64,000 nucleotides of DNA from a bacterium. GTDB taxonomy: Bacteria > Auribacterota > UBA6266. The notes under the pieces were generated by a model. It made no database searches, was not told the DNA's origin, and saw only the letters and a list, made by a program, of their open reading frames with translations. Position numbers and translations under genes: made by a program. The stretch covers positions 1,925,507-1,989,506 of the forward strand of contig JALOBK010000001.1 of assembly GCA_023228325.1 (NCBI GenBank), given 5' to 3'. The stretch's first letter is position 1, and each line of letters starts with the position of its first letter. This document shows, one piece after another, positions 30,294 through 40,876 of this stretch.

Positions 30294-31334
30294 TTAATTT
30301 ATTTTTCCCGATTCTTTCAAAAATCTGTCTATCTCTTTCCTGTTTCCGACGCTGATACGGACAAAGTCCCTAAGCCATCTCAATTTAAAATGTCTTATCA
30401 ATATTTTCTTTTTTTTCATGAATGCGGCCAATTTTTCGGCGCCGCAGGGCGGTTTTGCAAAAACAAAATTCGCCTGGGAAGGAAAACAGGTATAGCCCTG
30501 TTTCTTAAGATTAAGAGCAAGATACGCCCTGTTTTTTTTAACTATACGCACTGTCCTGCTGAAATATTCTTTGTCTTCGAATGCGGATTTTCCGGCTCTG
30601 GCGCTTAACCTGTTCACATTATAAGAATCCTTCACTTTTAAAAGTATATCTATGTTTTTTTTACAGGATACGGCAAATCCCAATCTGGCGCCGGCAAGTG
30701 AAAACGATTTTGACATTGACCTTGTAATAATCACATTTTTGTATTTTTTAATCAGATAAAGGTAATTATTTTCCGCAAAATCCGCATACGCTTCATCTAT
30801 AACGATTAAAGATTTCCTGTTCGACGCGCATAATTTCTCAATGTCGGATTTATCAAAAACGCAACCTGTAGGGGCGTTAGGATTCGATAAAATTATTAAT
30901 CTGGAATCCGAAGTAATCATTTCCCGGGGGATTCTGGTCTGGTCCTTCAGGAAATATTCTTTGACGGAAGCCCCGTTGATTTCAGCAAGGACCTTATAAA
31001 GTGAATATGTCGGAAATGTAATGGCAACGGTATCCGACCTGCTGAGGACAGCTTTAAATATTACGGAGATTATCTCATCAGACCCGTTTCCGGCCATTAT
31101 ATTACAGGTTTTCACCTTGAAAAATCCCGCGGCCGCATTAACAAGCCCGGTTGATAAAGGATCGGGATATAATTTAAGGTCCCGGTTGGCGGCCTTTTTT
31201 ACCGAAGAGACCACTTTCTCCGAAGGAGGAAAAGGATTCTCGTTTGTATTTAACTTGATATAATCACTCCCCGCCGGCTGAAAACCGGGAATGTAAGGAT
31301 CCAGTTCCATGACTTCTTTTTTGAAATAATTCAT
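30294..31334 (-). CDS. hisC: histidinol-phosphate aminotransferase
   Basis: class-II aminotransferase fold with SMSKSFSLAGARLG PLP-lysine region. Confidence 0.9.
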   Translation of the reverse strand: MNYFKKEVMELDPYIPGFQPAGSDYIKLNTNENPFPPSEKVVSSVKKAANRDLKLYPDPLSTGLVNAAAGFFKVKTCNIMAGNGSDEIISVIFKAVLSRSDTVAITFPTYSLYKVLAEINGASVKEYFLKDQTRIPREMITSDSRLIILSNPNAPTGCVFDKSDIEKLCASNRKSLIVIDEAYADFAENNYLYLIKKYKNVIITRSMSKSFSLAGARLGFAVSCKKNIDILLKVKDSYNVNRLSARAGKSAFEDKEYFSRTVRIVKKNRAYLALNLKKQGYTCFPSQANFVFAKPPCGAEKLAAFMKKKKILIRHFKLRWLRDFVRISVGNRKEIDRFLKESGKIN

Positions 31335-31335
31335 A

Positions 31336-32634
31336 TTAACGGCAATTTTCTTTTAAGCGGATCTTTATTGAATTTCCGTGAGCTCCAAGCCCCTCGGTAT
31401 CAGAAAGCTTAATCGCATATTTTGACGCTTTTCTTAATCCGTCTCTGGAATATTTGATTGTAGAAATATTTTTCAGGAAATCACCAACGGATAACGCCGA
31501 AAAAAACCTGGCCCTTCCGCCGGTAGGCAGAACATGGCTGGGCCCGGCGACATAATCCCCGACCGCTTCGGGAGACCAGTTCCCTATAAATACAGCCCCC
31601 GCATTATCGGTTCTTTTCAGGATATAATCGGCATCTTCCGACATTATCTCAAGATGTTCGGGGCCGACTGAGTTAATTATATCCGCCGCCTGCCGCTTAT
31701 TCCGAACAAGCACAAGGAAAGTATTGTTGCGCAGGGTTTCGGATAAAATTTTCTTTCTGGATAATTTCACTGCCTGTTTATAAACTTCTTTTTCCGCGTT
31801 TTCCAGCACAACCCCTGAATCCGAAACAAGAAATATTCTGCTGGACGCGTCATGTTCGGCCTGCGCAAGCATATCAGCCGCAATATATGGGATTTTTGAA
31901 GATTTGTCGGCTGTTATCATAACCTCGCTTGGCCCGGCGACCATATCGATATCAACCAGACCGTAAACCTGTTTTTTGGCGCAGGAAACAAATATATTTC
32001 CCGGCCCGACTATCTTGTCAACCCTGGGAACACTTTCCGTTCCGAAAGCAAATGCCGCCACGGCCTGAGCTCCTCCCATGCGGAACACGGCATTGACACC
32101 CGCTAATTTACACGCGCCTAAAATAGACGGGTTTATATCCCCGCCGCAACAGGGAGGGGTAGCCGCATATATCTCTTTAACGCCCGCAACACGCGCGATG
32201 ACCGCAGTCATCAGTACGGTAGAGACCAGCGGAGCTGTGCCTCCGGGCACATAAATTCCAACTTTTTCGACAGGCCTTATTTCCAGTCCGATTTCAGAAC
32301 CATCCTTTTTCTTTATCATCCAGCTTTTTTTAAGCTGCTTTTTCGCGTATTCTTCGACATTTTTCATGGAAAACTTCAACGATGCCAAAAGCTCCTTTGA
32401 CAGGTTAGAAAAGGACAGGTCTAATATTTCATTCTTAACCTTAATAGCCGCAGGGGATAACAAATAATTATCAAACTTCTGGGTGAATTCTATTAAAGCC
32501 TTATCGCCCATCCTTCTGACTTTATTCAATATTTCCGCGACCACAGCCTCGACCTCTTCATCAAAAAATGAAGCTGCGCTTATTTTTTCGATTCGCCTTA
32601 TTCCCTTTTCTGTCCGGCAGTCAATAATTTCCAT
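31336..32634 (-). CDS. hisD: histidinol dehydrogenase
   Basis: 432 aa; first gene of the his block; AGGAAAG RBS. Confidence 0.9.
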   Translation of the reverse strand: MEIIDCRTEKGIRRIEKISAASFFDEEVEAVVAEILNKVRRMGDKALIEFTQKFDNYLLSPAAIKVKNEILDLSFSNLSKELLASLKFSMKNVEEYAKKQLKKSWMIKKKDGSEIGLEIRPVEKVGIYVPGGTAPLVSTVLMTAVIARVAGVKEIYAATPPCCGGDINPSILGACKLAGVNAVFRMGGAQAVAAFAFGTESVPRVDKIVGPGNIFVSCAKKQVYGLVDIDMVAGPSEVMITADKSSKIPYIAADMLAQAEHDASSRIFLVSDSGVVLENAEKEVYKQAVKLSRKKILSETLRNNTFLVLVRNKRQAADIINSVGPEHLEIMSEDADYILKRTDNAGAVFIGNWSPEAVGDYVAGPSHVLPTGGRARFFSALSVGDFLKNISTIKYSRDGLRKASKYAIKLSDTEGLGAHGNSIKIRLKENCR

Positions 32635-32738
32635 AACTTTCCTTTGCTGAATTACCTATAATAACTAAATATAAGTTTAAAATACTAACACACTAAATAA
32701 AAATTCTTCAAGTAAAAAGGCTTAAAATATTGATAAAG

Positions 32739-32767
32739 AAAAGCCGGGGTTTCAGGCCCCGGCTTTT
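32739..32767. terminator. bidirectional rho-independent terminator between the SPFH gene and the his operon
   Basis: AAAAGCCGGGG tttcagg CCCCGGCTTTT: perfect 11-bp stem with an A-run on one side and a T-run on the other; about 30 bp past the SPFH stop. Confidence 0.7.
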
Positions 32768-32796
32768 AAAACGAGAAAGTTGTTTTTGATTGAGTT

Positions 32797-33645
32797 TTAC
32801 TTTTTCAGGGGTAAGACCCCGGCCAGTTCCCCGATTACATTTACAAGTTCCGCGCCGGCGGGAATAACTATTTTCGCGTTCTCCATTAATGATTTTTCAA
32901 CCGTTTCCAGTTTTCTCAGCAATTGGGCGTTTCCTACGAAATATTTATTGGCGGCTTCATTAACCAGCTTTATGGCTTCCGCCTGACCTTCAGCCTGGAG
33001 TATTTTCCCCTGCTTGATGCCTTCCGCCTTCTTGATCTCCGCCCGCTTTTCGCCATCCGCCTGCCGTTCAAGGGCATTCGCAAAATCAAGGGCGGCTATC
33101 TTCTCATTTTCAGCTTTTACGACTTTGTTCATGGTTTCCTGGACATCCTGGGGCGGATCGATCTCTTTCAATTCCGTCCTGACGATATCAATTCCCCAGT
33201 TGTGAGTTTCCTTGCTCAGTGTGCCGAGTAATTCACTGTTGATCTTATCCCTTTCGCTGTTTGCTGATTTGAGGGTCAGGGTGCCGATGATATTCCTCAG
33301 CGTGGTCCTTGCTAAATTAACTATCTGCCACTTGTAGTTATAGACATTATATTGTGAATTCTTTACATTTACTTCATCATCTTTTACTTTAAAATAAACT
33401 TGGGCGTCAACACGCGCATTCAGGTTGTCATTGGTGATTATCTCCTGAGGCTGGGCATCCACCATCTGCTCCGTAATATTAACGATTATCATCCTGTCAA
33501 CGACAGGAATAATCCAGTTAAAACCCGGGTAAGCGAATTTTTTATACTTTCCCAGCCTTTCTATAAGGCCTCTGTTTGTAGGCCTGACAATCCTGATTCC
33601 GGAAAAAAATATCACAATCAAAACCGCCGATATTATCCACAACAT
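32797..33645 (-). CDS. SPFH/band-7 (stomatin/prohibitin-like) membrane protein
   Basis: N-terminal TM helix then IRIVRPTNRGLIERLGKY SPFH start; coiled-coil C-terminus; AAGGAGG RBS. Confidence 0.85.
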   Translation of the reverse strand: MLWIISAVLIVIFFSGIRIVRPTNRGLIERLGKYKKFAYPGFNWIIPVVDRMIIVNITEQMVDAQPQEIITNDNLNARVDAQVYFKVKDDEVNVKNSQYNVYNYKWQIVNLARTTLRNIIGTLTLKSANSERDKINSELLGTLSKETHNWGIDIVRTELKEIDPPQDVQETMNKVVKAENEKIAALDFANALERQADGEKRAEIKKAEGIKQGKILQAEGQAEAIKLVNEAANKYFVGNAQLLRKLETVEKSLMENAKIVIPAGAELVNVIGELAGVLPLKK

Positions 33646-33797
33646 AACAACCTCCTTCTTGTTTTTATAAGGAATTTACCTGCTTTTGAGGCAATCGCGC
33701 AATTACAAAATCAGCCGGTATTTATAACTTTAAACTGCTGTCGGTTTGTTTTTTAAAATAATTTGCCGCGGAATCCCTTAAAACCTCCGCCGAATAT

Positions 33798-34850
33798 CTA
33801 TGCGACGGTGATTTCCCCGCAAAGGTAAACATCCTGTATCGCATTCAGTATCTGCACACCGTCTTTGAATGGTTTCTGGAACGCCTTTCTTCCGGAAATC
33901 AGGCCCATGCCGCCGGCCCGTTTATTGATTACCGCGGTCCTGACTGCCTGTTTTATGTCATTTTCGCCCGAAGCGCCTCCGGAATTTATCAGTCCTATCC
34001 TGCCCATATAACAGTTAGCGACCTGATATCTCGTCAAATCTATGGGGTTATCCGTAGTTAACTTATCATAAACCAACCGGCTTGTTTTTCCGAAGTTGAC
34101 GGCAGGATATCCTCCGTTATTAACGGGTTGTTTTTGTTTTATGATATCCGCCTCGATCGTTACCCCCAGATGATTTGCCTGACCTGTCAGGTCTGCCGAA
34201 GCATGATAATCGATTTTATCTTTTTTAAAATTTTCATTTCTTAAATAACACCATAAAACGGTAAATAAACCGAGATTATGGGCATATTCGAAAGCCCGGG
34301 AAATCTCTTCAATCTGCCTTCTTGATTCCTGTGAACCGAAATAAATCGTAGCTCCGACGCCCGCTGCGCCCATATTATACGCCTGGTCAATGCTTGCAAA
34401 CAGATGCTGGTCATAGGTATTGGGATAAGATAAAAGCTCATTGTGGTTAATTTTCAGGATAAAAGGTATTTTATGCGAATAAGACCTGGCGACGGAACCT
34501 AAAACACCGAGTGTTGAAACAACTCCGTTACAACCTCCCTCTATCGCAAGCCTGATTATATTCTCAGGATCAAAATAAATGGGGTTCGGCGCGAAGGAAG
34601 CTCCGGCGGAATGCTCTATCCCCTGGTCAACCGGCAGGATAGAAAGATATCCGGTTCCAGAAAGCCGGCCGTGATTAAATAAAGAATTAATATTTCTCAG
34701 CACATTGTTCGGCCTGTCGGAATGACTGAATATCCTGTCAACAAAATCAGGGCCCGGCAGGTGAAGATTCTCCCTGGGAATCGTTGTGCACTTATGTTTC
34801 AGCAGCGGTCCCGATTCTTTACCCAGCAATTTTTCTATTTTGCCGAACAT
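33798..34850 (-). CDS. fbaB: class I fructose-bisphosphate aldolase (FbaB/DhnA type)
   Basis: 350 aa with [10 protein letters not shown] and LKINH motifs of the archaeal-type class I aldolase. Confidence 0.8.
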   Translation of the reverse strand: MFGKIEKLLGKESGPLLKHKCTTIPRENLHLPGPDFVDRIFSHSDRPNNVLRNINSLFNHGRLSGTGYLSILPVDQGIEHSAGASFAPNPIYFDPENIIRLAIEGGCNGVVSTLGVLGSVARSYSHKIPFILKINHNELLSYPNTYDQHLFASIDQAYNMGAAGVGATIYFGSQESRRQIEEISRAFEYAHNLGLFTVLWCYLRNENFKKDKIDYHASADLTGQANHLGVTIEADIIKQKQPVNNGGYPAVNFGKTSRLVYDKLTTDNPIDLTRYQVANCYMGRIGLINSGGASGENDIKQAVRTAVINKRAGGMGLISGRKAFQKPFKDGVQILNAIQDVYLCGEITVA

Positions 34851-34871
34851 ATTACACCTCCATCCTATCAG

Positions 34872-35618
34872 TTAAGCCTTACCTTGATTTTTAACCGCTT
34901 CAGCGGCTTTTTTTATTTCCTCTTCATCCCCCATATAATAATGCTTTATAGGATTCAAATCAGCGTCAAGTTCATAAACCAAAGGTATTCCTGTAGGAAT
35001 ATTCAAATTCACAATCTCATCTTCCGGAATTTTATCAAGGTATTTAACAAGAGCTCTTAAACTATTCCCGTGAGCGGCTATCAAAACTTTTTTTCCTTCT
35101 CTTATCGTCGGCACAATTTCGTCATGCCATACCGGAAGGAACCTGTCTACAGTATCTTTAAGGCACTCGGTTAAAGGCAGTTCGCCTTCTTTCAGGGTTT
35201 TATACCTGATATCCTTGCCGGGGTATCTGTCGTCGCTTTTTTCCAGGGCGGGAGGCCTGATATCATAACTTCTCCGCCATATTTTTACCTGTTCCTGGCC
35301 AAACTTTTTCGCCGTCTCGGATTTGTTTAATCCCTGCAGAGCGCCGTAATGTCTTTCATTAAGCCGCCACGACCTGATGACAGGTATCCACTCCATGTTC
35401 ATTTCTTCAAGCGCCACCCATAAAGTTTTTATCGCCCGTTTCAAAACAGACGTGAATGCTATATCAAAGAAATAACCGCCGGTTTTGAGGACATGTCCGG
35501 CTTTCCTTGCTTCTTCCTCTCCCCTGTCCGACAACCCCACATCTGTCCATCCGGTGAATCTGTTTTCTTTATTCCACACGCTTTCACCATGGCGCAAAAG
35601 AACTATCTTGTACATCAT
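34872..35618 (-). CDS. gpmA: 2,3-bisphosphoglycerate-dependent phosphoglycerate mutase
   Basis: [18 protein letters not shown] catalytic His motif. Confidence 0.9.
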   Translation of the reverse strand: MMYKIVLLRHGESVWNKENRFTGWTDVGLSDRGEEEARKAGHVLKTGGYFFDIAFTSVLKRAIKTLWVALEEMNMEWIPVIRSWRLNERHYGALQGLNKSETAKKFGQEQVKIWRRSYDIRPPALEKSDDRYPGKDIRYKTLKEGELPLTECLKDTVDRFLPVWHDEIVPTIREGKKVLIAAHGNSLRALVKYLDKIPEDEIVNLNIPTGIPLVYELDADLNPIKHYYMGDEEEIKKAAEAVKNQGKA

Positions 35619-35676
35619 CGATCTCCTTCCGGTTTAATAAAAGTTAGGCTTTGATGCATAAAACGGCAGTTTTAAG

Positions 35677-35705
35677 ATACTATAAAATATCAAAACTTAA
35701 CTCAA
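35677..35705 (-). promoter_or_regulatory. putative sigma70-type promoter of gpmA
   Basis: on the minus strand TTGAGT, a 17-bp spacer, then TAGTAT about 60 bp upstream of the start. Confidence 0.35.
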
Positions 35706-35729
35706 TACTATTTTTCACGCTGGAAATCA

Positions 35730-36101
35730 TCAATCAATCTGGTCAGAAAATGTTTGAAGAAATTCAAGAGCATCGGATTCGGAGTGAAAAATATCAAATA
35801 TCTTATCTAATTCAGTTATTGAAAAAAGCCTCGCTATGTTCCCGGACAGGCAGCACAGGCAAGCTTTGCCTTTAACCTGATACAAAGATTTTTTCATCGC
35901 AATTAACACGCTGAGGAAAGAACTGGACATATATTCAATGCCGGCAAAGTTAATTAATATAATCCGGCCTCCTCCGGTGATCACAGATAAAATATAAGAT
36001 TTAATCTGGTCAATTATCAAAATATCCGTTAATTTTTCTATTGTAAAATACAATATCCGGATATTTCCCTTTTCTTCAACGATAATCGGAAGTTCTTCCA
36101 T
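35730..36101 (-). CDS. STAS-domain protein (anti-sigma-factor antagonist family)
   Basis: 123-aa SpoIIAA-like fold; no partner anti-sigma kinase or phosphatase in the window. Confidence 0.65.
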   Translation of the reverse strand: MEELPIIVEEKGNIRILYFTIEKLTDILIIDQIKSYILSVITGGGRIILINFAGIEYMSSSFLSVLIAMKKSLYQVKGKACLCCLSGNIARLFSITELDKIFDIFHSESDALEFLQTFSDQID

Positions 36102-36152
36102 AAAAATAATATATTATTAAAACAGCCCTGTTGCAAGAAAAGAAATATTCCG

Positions 36153-36569
36153 TCATTCCCCGCAGCATTTGACCATAAAAGATTTCTCTCTCTTGCCGTC
36201 ATACTCCAGATAATAAACGGTCTGGTATGTCCCGAGATCAAGCTTTGAAAAGGAAATGGGAATGGTAACTCCCAAACCCATAATCATCGCTTTTAAATGG
36301 GCTGACGCATTTTTTTTGAAATCGTTATCATCATGGCGATATGCATTTTTTTCCGAAACAATACCCGCCAGTATTCCCGACATATCTTCATTCAGAAAAA
36401 TATCGCTGTCGGTTATAATTACCCCCGAACTTGTATGCAGCGAATTAACGACGCACAAACCTTCGGCGATCCCGCTTTCCCGCAGCGCTTCGGTTACGTT
36501 TGCCGTAATATCCAAAGCCTGTTCTTTGCGTTCGGTGATAACTTTATATTCTTTCCTGAAAGTTTTCAT
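36153..36569 (-). CDS. yjbQ: YjbQ/UPF0047 family protein
   Basis: characteristic about 135-aa YjbQ fold; start taken at MKTFRKE to avoid overlap with alaS. Confidence 0.7.
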   Translation of the reverse strand: MKTFRKEYKVITERKEQALDITANVTEALRESGIAEGLCVVNSLHTSSGVIITDSDIFLNEDMSGILAGIVSEKNAYRHDDNDFKKNASAHLKAMIMGLGVTIPISFSKLDLGTYQTVYYLEYDGKREKSFMVKCCGE

Positions 36570-36573
36570 ACCG

Positions 36574-38400
36574 TCAAACATCTTCAACAACAGCCCTGAT
36601 CCTTCTGATGCCTGATGAAGAACTCTGTTCCTTTACAATTTTGAAATGCCCTATCTCTGAAGTGTTTTTAACATGAGGGCCTGTGCATATTTCTTTTGAA
36701 AAATCGCCCACGGAATAAACCGTAACGGTATCCCCGTATTTATCATCAAACAGGCCCACTGCTCCTGAATCCTTCGCCTCATCGGGCGTCTTTTCTTCAC
36801 ACCTGATGTCATACCCCTTTTTTATCGCATCATTAACGATATCCTCTGTTTTCTTTATTTCCTCTTCGGTCATTTTATCGGGATGAGAAAAATCAAATCT
36901 CAGCCTTTCAGCGGTAATATTGCTTCCTCTCTGCTGGACGTGGCCGCCAAGAACGATCTTAAGGGCTTTATGGAGCAGGTGTGTTGCGGTATGAAGCCTG
37001 ATAACTTTCTCCGAAGCATCCTCCAGTCCGCTTTTGAATTTTTTCTCAGCCCCGAGACGCGACTTCTCCTGATGTTCCTCATAACACTTTTTGAAATTTG
37101 CCGTATCAACTTCCAACCCTTTTTCCTTTGCCAATTCTTCTGTCATTTCAAGAGGAAAACCATAAGTGTCATATAAGCGGAAAGCGTGTTTACCCGGAAT
37201 AAGGTCGATTTTTCTGCCTGTGGCCTGATACGCTTTTTCGTAACCGTCCATCATTTTTTCGAACTCTTTAAGCCCCTGATTGATGGTTTTTCCGAATCTT
37301 TCTTCTTCCGCGGCTAATTCCGATAAAATAAAGAGCCGGTTATTTTCCAGTTCATGCCACGGATTTTTCATGATATTGATGACAGTTTCCGCCAGAGACG
37401 CGCAGAATTTGTTTTCAATGCCGAGAATCCTTCCGTGCCTTATAATCCTCCTTATATAACGCCTTAGGATATATCCCTGGCCGACATTCGACGGCACAAT
37501 AGCCCTGTTGTCTCCCAAAATGAAAACAGCGGCGCGGATATGATCGGCTATTACCCTAAATGATTTTATGTATCTTTCGTCTTCATAAGAAGTTGCAGAT
37601 ATTTCCTCAATTTTTGTTATAAGAGGCGAAAAGAGCTCGATTCTATAAATATCCTTTTTCCCCTGAAGAATGCACGCAACCCGCTCCAGGCCGAGGCCTG
37701 TATCAACGTTCTTCTGGCTGAGCGGTATAAATTTGCCGTCATTTGTTTTGTTATATTCCATAAAAACATCGTTCCAGATCTCCAGCCAGTTTTTCTCGTC
37801 CGTCCCGGGGTTGCTGTCTTCAGGCGGCAAATCATGCTCTCCGACGTAGAAAAACATCTCGGTATCAGGCCCGCAGGGACCCGTAACGCCAGCCGGGCCC
37901 CACCAGTTTTTATCTTTCGGCAGCGCGACTATTCTGTTTTCCTTCAGGCCCCTGGCAAGCCAGAGATCTCTTGAATCCCCGTCAAAGGGAGCATCTTTAT
38001 CTCCTTTAAACACGGAAACTGCTATTTTATTTTTATCAAGCCCCAGCCAGTTTTCGCCTGTAAGGAATTCCCAGCTCATGTCAATGGCCCCTTTTTTGAA
38101 ATAATCTCCCAGGGACCAGTTGCCGAGCATCTCGAAAAATGTTGTATGGCTCTCATCTCCGACTTCATCTATATCCTGCGTCCTTATGCACTTCTGGCAG
38201 TTCACCAGTCTGTTTCCCATAGGATGTTTCTGATACCCCATGAGATAAGGCACCAGCGGATGCATGCCGGCTGTGGTAAATAAAACGGTCGGATCATTCT
38301 CGGGAATTAACGAAGAAGAAGGAATCTCCTTATGGCCTTTTGTTTTGAAAAATTCAATAAAAAGTTCTCTCAGTTTATTTGCCCGCATAATAACGTTCAC
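36574..38400 (-). CDS. alaS: alanine--tRNA ligase, short form (catalytic and editing motifs, no C-Ala domain)
   Basis: N-terminal class-II AlaRS core; editing HTATHLLH and CTGPHV motifs; only 608 aa; yjbQ follows immediately. Confidence 0.8.
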   Translation of the reverse strand: MNVIMRANKLRELFIEFFKTKGHKEIPSSSLIPENDPTVLFTTAGMHPLVPYLMGYQKHPMGNRLVNCQKCIRTQDIDEVGDESHTTFFEMLGNWSLGDYFKKGAIDMSWEFLTGENWLGLDKNKIAVSVFKGDKDAPFDGDSRDLWLARGLKENRIVALPKDKNWWGPAGVTGPCGPDTEMFFYVGEHDLPPEDSNPGTDEKNWLEIWNDVFMEYNKTNDGKFIPLSQKNVDTGLGLERVACILQGKKDIYRIELFSPLITKIEEISATSYEDERYIKSFRVIADHIRAAVFILGDNRAIVPSNVGQGYILRRYIRRIIRHGRILGIENKFCASLAETVINIMKNPWHELENNRLFILSELAAEEERFGKTINQGLKEFEKMMDGYEKAYQATGRKIDLIPGKHAFRLYDTYGFPLEMTEELAKEKGLEVDTANFKKCYEEHQEKSRLGAEKKFKSGLEDASEKVIRLHTATHLLHKALKIVLGGHVQQRGSNITAERLRFDFSHPDKMTEEEIKKTEDIVNDAIKKGYDIRCEEKTPDEAKDSGAVGLFDDKYGDTVTVYSVGDFSKEICTGPHVKNTSEIGHFKIVKEQSSSSGIRRIRAVVEDV

Positions 38401-39827
38401 TCTCCCAGCACGATATATCCTTTATTTGTATGAAGAAGGGCTTTTCCGGAGCTCGACCTTGCGGTCGGCAGAAAATCCTCAAGATTCTTCACTTCCGTCC
38501 CGTTAATCTCATCTATTATCAGACCCGGAACAATACCCCGGGCATAAGCTTCCGAATCAGGTTTTACCTTAAGCACCAGAACACCGTTTATGTTATCTAT
38601 ATCGATGTTATATCTCTTCTTCAAAGCCGGACTTATATCGGAAAGCTCCATATCCATCCAGAAAAAGGTGCGCAGGGGTTCGGAGGATAAGACATCCCCG
38701 GATTTATTAACGGGTTTTTTTCCGATAACCACTTCTTCTTCCCGTGTTTTACCCAGTCTCAGAAAACCCAGTTTATGCGCGGTTCCAACTTTTGAAAAGA
38801 TTATCAAATCACCCAGTTGCTGAGGCAATCCGATTTTTTCGCCGTCGAAACTGACAACTATATCCCCTCTTCTTAAACCGGCTTTTTCAGCGGGGCTTCC
38901 GGAGTCTATGTGCCATATAAGAGCCCCTCCTTTAAGAGGATGGCCAAGCTTAGAAGCAATTTCAGGCGTCACGGCCTGGAGCCATATACCTATCCATCCG
39001 TATTCAATTTCCTCGCCTTTCATAAGTTTGGGCACGATTTCTTTTGCCCTTTTTATAGGCACAGCAAAACTTATGCCTTCATAGCCGCCCGAATGACTGA
39101 AAATTACCGTGTTTATTCCTATAATCTCGCCGTTAAGATTTACCAAAGGGCCCCCTGAATTGCCTTTGTTGATAGCCGCGTCAGTCTGAATAAGATCGCC
39201 GAAATATTTGTTCCCCGCCGTTATATCCCTGTTTAAAGCGCTGATGACTCCGACTGTGACTGTCGGCTCTCTGACATTGAGAAAAGCGAAACCGAACGGA
39301 TTCCCGATCGCGATAGCCCACTGCCCTGTTTTAACTCTGTCTGAATTTCCCATTTTCGCGTAAGGCAGGCTGTCGGCGTCAATTTTTACAATGGCAAGAT
39401 CTGAATAAATGTCCCTGCCTTTCACGACCCCCGGAAATTTTCTGCCGTCAGGAAGATTTACTTCTATTTCAACCGCTTTATCCACAACGTGGTTACATGT
39501 CAGTATGTAACCGTCGGGGCTTATTATCACTCCCGAACCCAGCCCTTTGCTTTTATATTCCCATTCCTGCGGATTACCGTAAAGCATACGGAAAAAATTA
39601 TCGAGGACGGGATCCGTGTGGTACTTTTCATATCCAACGCTGAAAACCTGAGTGCTGTTTATTGACACTACCGACGGCCCCACTTTATCCGCCACTTCAG
39701 AGAAACACAATTGCAGTTTTTCCGCGCCACTCCCGCCGCGGCATACAAAAACAACCACACATCCGAGGAAAAAACCGAATAAAAGACCGGTTAACGGTTT
39801 TATATTTTTAAAAACATTTTTTTTCAT
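38397..39827 (-). CDS. degP: periplasmic serine endoprotease DegP/HtrA with PDZ domains
   Basis: GNSGGPLVN catalytic Ser motif; signal/TM N-terminus; two PDZ-like regions. Confidence 0.9.
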   Translation of the reverse strand: MKKNVFKNIKPLTGLLFGFFLGCVVVFVCRGGSGAEKLQLCFSEVADKVGPSVVSINSTQVFSVGYEKYHTDPVLDNFFRMLYGNPQEWEYKSKGLGSGVIISPDGYILTCNHVVDKAVEIEVNLPDGRKFPGVVKGRDIYSDLAIVKIDADSLPYAKMGNSDRVKTGQWAIAIGNPFGFAFLNVREPTVTVGVISALNRDITAGNKYFGDLIQTDAAINKGNSGGPLVNLNGEIIGINTVIFSHSGGYEGISFAVPIKRAKEIVPKLMKGEEIEYGWIGIWLQAVTPEIASKLGHPLKGGALIWHIDSGSPAEKAGLRRGDIVVSFDGEKIGLPQQLGDLIIFSKVGTAHKLGFLRLGKTREEEVVIGKKPVNKSGDVLSSEPLRTFFWMDMELSDISPALKKRYNIDIDNINGVLVLKVKPDSEAYARGIVPGLIIDEINGTEVKNLEDFLPTARSSSGKALLHTNKGYIVLGE

Positions 39828-39841
39828 ACTGTCTTCAGGAA

Positions 39842-40855
39842 TTACTTAAGCCCGGATTTTTCTTTGATTTTTGAAACAATTTCTTTCTGAAGCTTTTCAT
39901 TCCCCTTGATTTCATTCATCGCCGCTTCGCGCCCCTGTCCAAGTTTGTCATTATTAAAATAAAACCATGCGCCCTTTTTATCTATTATTCCCAGATCTGT
40001 TCCCGCGTCAATAATCGATCCCGCCCTTGAAATCCCTTCATTAAACATGATGTCGAACTCTGCTGTTCTGAAAGGAGCGGCGATCTTGTTTTTCACTACT
40101 TTCACCCTTACCCTGTTTCCGGAACTTTCCCCTGACGTTTCTTTTATGGAACTGATTCTTCTTATATCAAGGCGCACTGATGAGTAGAATTTCAAAGCAT
40201 TGCCGCCTGGCGTCGTTTCCGGGTTCCCGAACATGACTCCTATCTTCATCCTTATCTGATTGATAAAAACACAGCATGTCTTTGACTTCGAAATAGACGA
40301 GGTGAGTTTTCTTAAAGCCTGGCTCATCAATCTCGCCTGAAGGCCTATGAATGAATCGCCCATTTCTCCCTGGATTTCGGCTTTGGGAACAAGAGCCGCC
40401 ACGGAATCTATAACAATCACATCAACCGCATTGCTTCTTACAAGGGTTTCCGCAATCGAAAGCGCGTCTTCCCCTGAATCAGGTTGTGAAACCAGCAGGT
40501 TGTCAAGGTTTACGCCGAGCTTCTTGGCATAAGTAGGATCAAGCGCATGCTCCGCATCTATAAAAGCGGCTTCTCCCCCCGCTTTCTGGGCGTTTGCTAT
40601 AACATTCAATGCAAGGGTTGTTTTTCCCGACGATTCCGGGCCAAACAATTCTACGACGCGGCCGCGCGGAAAACCTCCTATTCCGAGAGCAATGTCAAGA
40701 GTCAGAGCTCCCGTTGAAATATACGGTATGTTCACATGTGCCGCCTTGTCGCCAAGCTTCATAATGGCGCCCTGGCCAAACTGCTTTTCAATTTGTGTTA
40801 TAGCAGTGCTAAGGGCTTTTTCCTTTCCCTGAGCTTCCTTCTGTTTAGAACTCAT
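39842..40855 (-). CDS. recA: recombinase A
   Basis: [10 protein letters not shown] Walker A and the full RecA fold. Confidence 0.95.
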   Translation of the reverse strand: MSSKQKEAQGKEKALSTAITQIEKQFGQGAIMKLGDKAAHVNIPYISTGALTLDIALGIGGFPRGRVVELFGPESSGKTTLALNVIANAQKAGGEAAFIDAEHALDPTYAKKLGVNLDNLLVSQPDSGEDALSIAETLVRSNAVDVIVIDSVAALVPKAEIQGEMGDSFIGLQARLMSQALRKLTSSISKSKTCCVFINQIRMKIGVMFGNPETTPGGNALKFYSSVRLDIRRISSIKETSGESSGNRVRVKVVKNKIAAPFRTAEFDIMFNEGISRAGSIIDAGTDLGIIDKKGAWFYFNNDKLGQGREAAMNEIKGNEKLQKEIVSKIKEKSGLK

Positions 40856-40876
40856 ACATCCTCCCGTTTATATAAT

